Part shown: positions 60,566 to 64,000 of the stretch, one piece after another
Position numbering within the stretch: the stretch's first letter is position 1
Layout: each line of letters begins with the position of its first letter
Assembly: GCA_040755455.1 (NCBI GenBank)
Contig: JBFMAY010000002.1
Coordinates: 96,001 to 160,000, forward strand
Source of the DNA: Thermodesulfobacteriota bacterium
Lineage (GTDB): Bacteria > Desulfobacterota > Desulfobulbia > Desulfobulbales > SURF-16
Direction: 5' to 3'
DNA length: 64,000 nt
Translations under genes and position numbers: made by a program
Notes under the pieces: model-generated
Told to the model about the DNA's origin: nothing
What the model saw: the letters and a program-made list of their open reading frames with translations, nothing else
Database searches by the model: none

Positions 60566-61447
60566 TCACCACAAAAGCCGGCGCTCCGAGGCGAACTCCA
60601 TCTTTTGCGCCGTGACCGGGTCGCGGAAACGGACCATCTCGGCCAGCAGCTGCAGGGGCCGGTGGAAATCATCCTCCCCGGCCGGCAGCAGCTCGGGATA
60701 ATACCGGTCGTTTTCTATCCGGAAGCCCAGGCCGCTCATATGGACCCGCAGCTGATGTTTCTTGCCCGTGGCCGGCTGCAGGAGAAAGCGGCCCCGGTTT
60801 TCCCTTCTTTCCAGGAGCCTGATCCGTGAGCGGCTGTTCGCCGGGCCAGGGACTGACTCCATCCTGAACCACGGGTGGCCAGCCACCAGCCTGTTTTCGA
60901 CCAGCCAGGCGATATCCGCCGGCTGATGGCCGCATTCGGCCACCGCCTGATATATTTTTTCCACCTGACCGTGCATGAAGAGGTCATGGTACAGGCCGCG
61001 GGTGCGGGGGTTGGCGGAAAACAGCACAATGCCCGCTGTTTCCCGGTCAATGCGGTGCAGCGGCACAAGATCAGTATTGCCCGTGCTCTTTTTCAACCGG
61101 TGCAGCAGACATTCATTGACATAGGGGCCGGCCGGCACGACGGGCAGGAAATGCGGTTTGCAGGCCACCAGCAGCTCATCATTGGCAAAGACAATCTTTT
61201 CCGCAAGGGGGATGACCGGTTCTTTATCCACCTCCCGGCAGTAGTAAATTTTTTTGCCGGGAACATAGGGGGTGGCGGCGGTGACGGGCCGGCCGTCACC
61301 GTCCAGCATCTTGCCCCCGGCCATGCGCAACTCCCATCTATCCCGCGGTACGCCCGGAAACCGCAGCAGCAGGAAATCCAGCACGGCAGGATAGGGTTTT
61401 GCCGTTGGCGGCAGGGTAACGGTTGAAAAATAGTCACAGAGAACCAT
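60566..61447 (-). CDS. RluA-family pseudouridine synthase
   Basis: KPHFLPV, HRIDRETAG, TGKKHQLRVH, LQLLA. Confidence 0.9.
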   Translation of the reverse strand: MVLCDYFSTVTLPPTAKPYPAVLDFLLLRFPGVPRDRWELRMAGGKMLDGDGRPVTAATPYVPGKKIYYCREVDKEPVIPLAEKIVFANDELLVACKPHFLPVVPAGPYVNECLLHRLKKSTGNTDLVPLHRIDRETAGIVLFSANPRTRGLYHDLFMHGQVEKIYQAVAECGHQPADIAWLVENRLVAGHPWFRMESVPGPANSRSRIRLLERRENRGRFLLQPATGKKHQLRVHMSGLGFRIENDRYYPELLPAGEDDFHRPLQLLAEMVRFRDPVTAQKMEFASERRLLW

Positions 61448-61618
61448 CGGCAATCTTCCGGCGGCAGGGGCTGTCCGGCCTGGTAATATTTTTGAAAACT
61501 CGCCCGGCGCTCCGGCGGTTTCCGCAGCACCAACGGGCAAATCCTATTCCCCACCCGCGGTTTAGGCAAGTTTTTTCTTACCGCAGCCGCCTCACCATGG
61601 GGCAATCCAGCAAAGCGG

Positions 61619-61647
61619 TTGAATTACATTGATGTTTTGGCTATACT
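61619..61647 (+). promoter_or_regulatory. Putative sigma70 promoter for the DAC-domain gene
   Basis: TTGAAT-N17-TATACT. Confidence 0.5.
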
Positions 61648-61734
61648 CTGGCCAGGCGGCAAGGGCGCTCCCGCTCCCTGCCCCGCCAGAGTGAACAATT
61701 GATCGTGCAAACTCCGGAGCATCTAGGCAACACC

Positions 61735-63171
61735 ATGCAGGATACCGCATTCACACGTCAGTGCATATTCAACGCCCTTGACGGGGTGCAGGACGGTCTT
61801 TCCCGTTTTTCCGGCCCCAGCCGGGTTGCCTTGCTCTATGCCATGGGGCCGACGGACCCCATCCATGTTGTCGATCCCCAGAACCTGCTGCTGGGACATG
61901 AACCCAAACTGCAAGAACTCTTTCTGGACTCGGACGACTGGCGTCTCGGGCCGGCCAATCCCCTCAGAATAGACGGATTCAAACAGTTTCATCCGGTAAA
62001 GAATCTCGAGCTGGCCGGCCTTATTTCCTACGGGGCCCGCTCCAATATCATTTTCTACCAGATGTGGTTCACCGAGCACCATCCGGACATGTGCTCCATC
62101 GGTCCCACCGAATGCTGGCTGGAACATGCGGCCTGGTTGCTCGCCCATGACCTGGGCACCGACAGCAATCTCTATACCCGCACAACCGGCTATGTCCTGC
62201 GCGGCTATGCCACCCATGCCGTGCGGGATTTCATGGTGGATGAAATGAATGTCTTCCTCGGCTGGGATACCTACATTCGCGTCTACCCCATTCTCGATGC
62301 CGTGCTGGGCATCTCGGAAACCAGGGAAGAGGGGGCCTGGCCCAAGGGAGAGCTGGTCTTTGTCGAACCCCACGCCACCAGGGATATGGACTTCATGATC
62401 CAGTTCCCCCACGAGGGACGGCCCATGCTGAGCAATTTCAAACATGTGCGCAAGATCCTCCAGGCCGTGGAAAACTCCGACCGCCGACTGATTGCCGACG
62501 GCCAGCATATCGTCGGCATTACCACCGCCGCCCTGCCGGCCTTCAATATCATCGCCGATTTCCGCCGCGGCTACGGCTTTCTCAGCCTGAACGGCAATCC
62601 CGTGTGCAGCTTTTTCAACGGCAGCTTCCACTCCACCACCCATAAGGCCAAACTGGTGCAACTGGAGGAACTGCTGCTGGAAACCCCGCTCGAACTTGCC
62701 TGCACCCATCAGCTGTTTCAGATCATCGCCGCCCTGGTGCACAGCGCCGAAACCGAAAAACACGGCTGCACCCTGGTGCTTGACCTCAACCTCCAGCCCA
62801 TCGTGATCTCGGGCCAGCGCCTGGAACACCCGCTTGACCTGCGCCAGCCCTCCTTTCTGGAGCTGGCCAAAGCCCTGGCCAAGGTTGACGGGGCCCTGCA
62901 CATCGGCACGGATATGCATCTGCACTCCTTTGCCTGTCTGCTTGACGGCCGGACCGTGCCCGGCGAGGACCGCGCCCGGGGGGCGCGCTACAACTCGGCC
63001 CTGCGTTTCAGCTCGGAACACCGGGATATCATCGTTGTCGTGGTGTCCTCCGACCGGCCGGTCTCCATCATCGAGGAAGGGGTTGAAGTGAGCGCCCAAT
63101 GCCAGTTGAAACCGGTGGCCCGCTGTTTCGCCTCGCCGCCCGTCCTGGCGGACTGGCTTGCCGAAAAGTAA
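61735..63171 (+). CDS. DisA_N/DAC (diadenylate cyclase-like) domain protein with long N-terminal region
   Basis: HGCTLV, VDGALHI, RGARYNSA, VVSSD. Confidence 0.82.
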   Translation: MQDTAFTRQCIFNALDGVQDGLSRFSGPSRVALLYAMGPTDPIHVVDPQNLLLGHEPKLQELFLDSDDWRLGPANPLRIDGFKQFHPVKNLELAGLISYGARSNIIFYQMWFTEHHPDMCSIGPTECWLEHAAWLLAHDLGTDSNLYTRTTGYVLRGYATHAVRDFMVDEMNVFLGWDTYIRVYPILDAVLGISETREEGAWPKGELVFVEPHATRDMDFMIQFPHEGRPMLSNFKHVRKILQAVENSDRRLIADGQHIVGITTAALPAFNIIADFRRGYGFLSLNGNPVCSFFNGSFHSTTHKAKLVQLEELLLETPLELACTHQLFQIIAALVHSAETEKHGCTLVLDLNLQPIVISGQRLEHPLDLRQPSFLELAKALAKVDGALHIGTDMHLHSFACLLDGRTVPGEDRARGARYNSALRFSSEHRDIIVVVVSSDRPVSIIEEGVEVSAQCQLKPVARCFASPPVLADWLAEK

Positions 63172-63579
63172 GCCTGAAGATACCCACCCGGCCGGCAATG
63201 CGGCCGGATTTGCACTTCCTCCTTTTTCCTGCTCCCCTGCAGATACGGCCGGGCATAATTGTGTTTGACAAATGATAAGGATTATCTGAACATAAAATAA
63301 TAATCCATTTCCGCTATTCCGCCACCCCGCCCGGGTGGACTTTCTTTTTTGATCTATCGTGGCATGAACACCTGGTTTGTCACCCCGCCCTGGGCGGCAT
63401 GATAAACTTTTCTCCGCCGCAAGGCGAGCATGGACAACCGGCGGCAGCAGGGGCACCTAAGGTTTGATGCGCAACACATGCCATTTCCCCCTCTGTGCCG
63501 GACCAGCCCATTGCTGGCGGAATGCCCGGAACAGCTGGCCCTTTTTTGCCCATGGAAAAAACCGTTGCGAGGCATAGAG

Positions 63580-64000
63580 ATGGGAACGCATGACACAAAC
63601 CGGATATCACGGCGGGACTTTCTGAAAAACACCACGGCCGCCCTGGCCGGCTTAGCGGCGGCAGCCTATGTCCCGGGCCTGCCCTTTGCCGATGCGGCAG
63701 CGGCGGACATTGTTCCGCCGCTGATCACTGTTGAACAAAATCCGGTTATCAAGGTGCTCCGCTGGGGGGGCTTTCTCAAAAGCGACGAGGATATCTGGCT
63801 GGCGAACACCCGGCGCTGGGAGAAGTTGACCGGAGGCCGGGTCATTACCGATATCGTCCCCTTCAATGACGTGCGGCCCAATGCCGCCATGGAGGAAACG
63901 CTTGGCACCGGCCACGATATCGTGGTCGGCTGGTTTGACGACCCCCATCTCTATCCGGATAAGCTGCTGGATCTGAGCGACCTGGCCGCATACCTGGGCG
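63580..64000 (+). CDS. Tat-exported ABC transporter solute-binding protein (family 1-like); 3'-truncated
   Basis: Twin-arginine SRRDFLK, LRWGGF, TGHDIVVGW, PDKLLDLSDLA; no stop before the window end. Confidence 0.8.
   Translation, partial: MGTHDTNRISRRDFLKNTTAALAGLAAAAYVPGLPFADAAAADIVPPLITVEQNPVIKVLRWGGFLKSDEDIWLANTRRWEKLTGGRVITDIVPFNDVRPNAAMEETLGTGHDIVVGWFDDPHLYPDKLLDLSDLAAYLG

Noticed and set aside
61723..63456. 577-aa ORF on the - strand
   Set aside because: Antisense shadow of the DAC-domain gene with no recognisable domain

Overview
A GC-rich bacterial chromosomal segment; gene content (multiheme cytochrome, hybrid PAS histidine kinases, rubrerythrin-rhodanese fusion, DAC-domain protein) suggests a Desulfobacterota (Desulfobulbales-like) genome, which is an inference. 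Most of it is housekeeping: tilS, galU-priA, def-fmt-larC-pgpA, pyrF, amn, pyrG-pilT-kdsA-kdsC-lptC, rlpA, dinB, pyk, panE, aroK, mntP, ihfA. It also holds a cobalamin riboswitch controlling a btuB-tonB-btuFCD operon and a small accessory islet (about 48.1-51.6 kb) with a hipBA-type toxin-antitoxin pair, an AT-rich psiE, a degenerate integron-type gene cassette without an integrase, and REP/MITE-like palindromes. The best candidates for undescribed systems are: (1) an operon of triple-CheW, a soluble chemoreceptor with four near-identical Cys-rich PAS repeats, a GNAT acetyltransferase and an HDAC-family deacetylase; (2) a USP / atypical kinase / 1028-aa degenerate-PHP membrane protein cluster; (3) a PA2779/PA2778-like pair whose small protein has a double-glycine-like site next to a C39-type peptidase. 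No rRNA, tRNA or CRISPR array was recognised. All calls come from reading motifs by eye; no searches were run.
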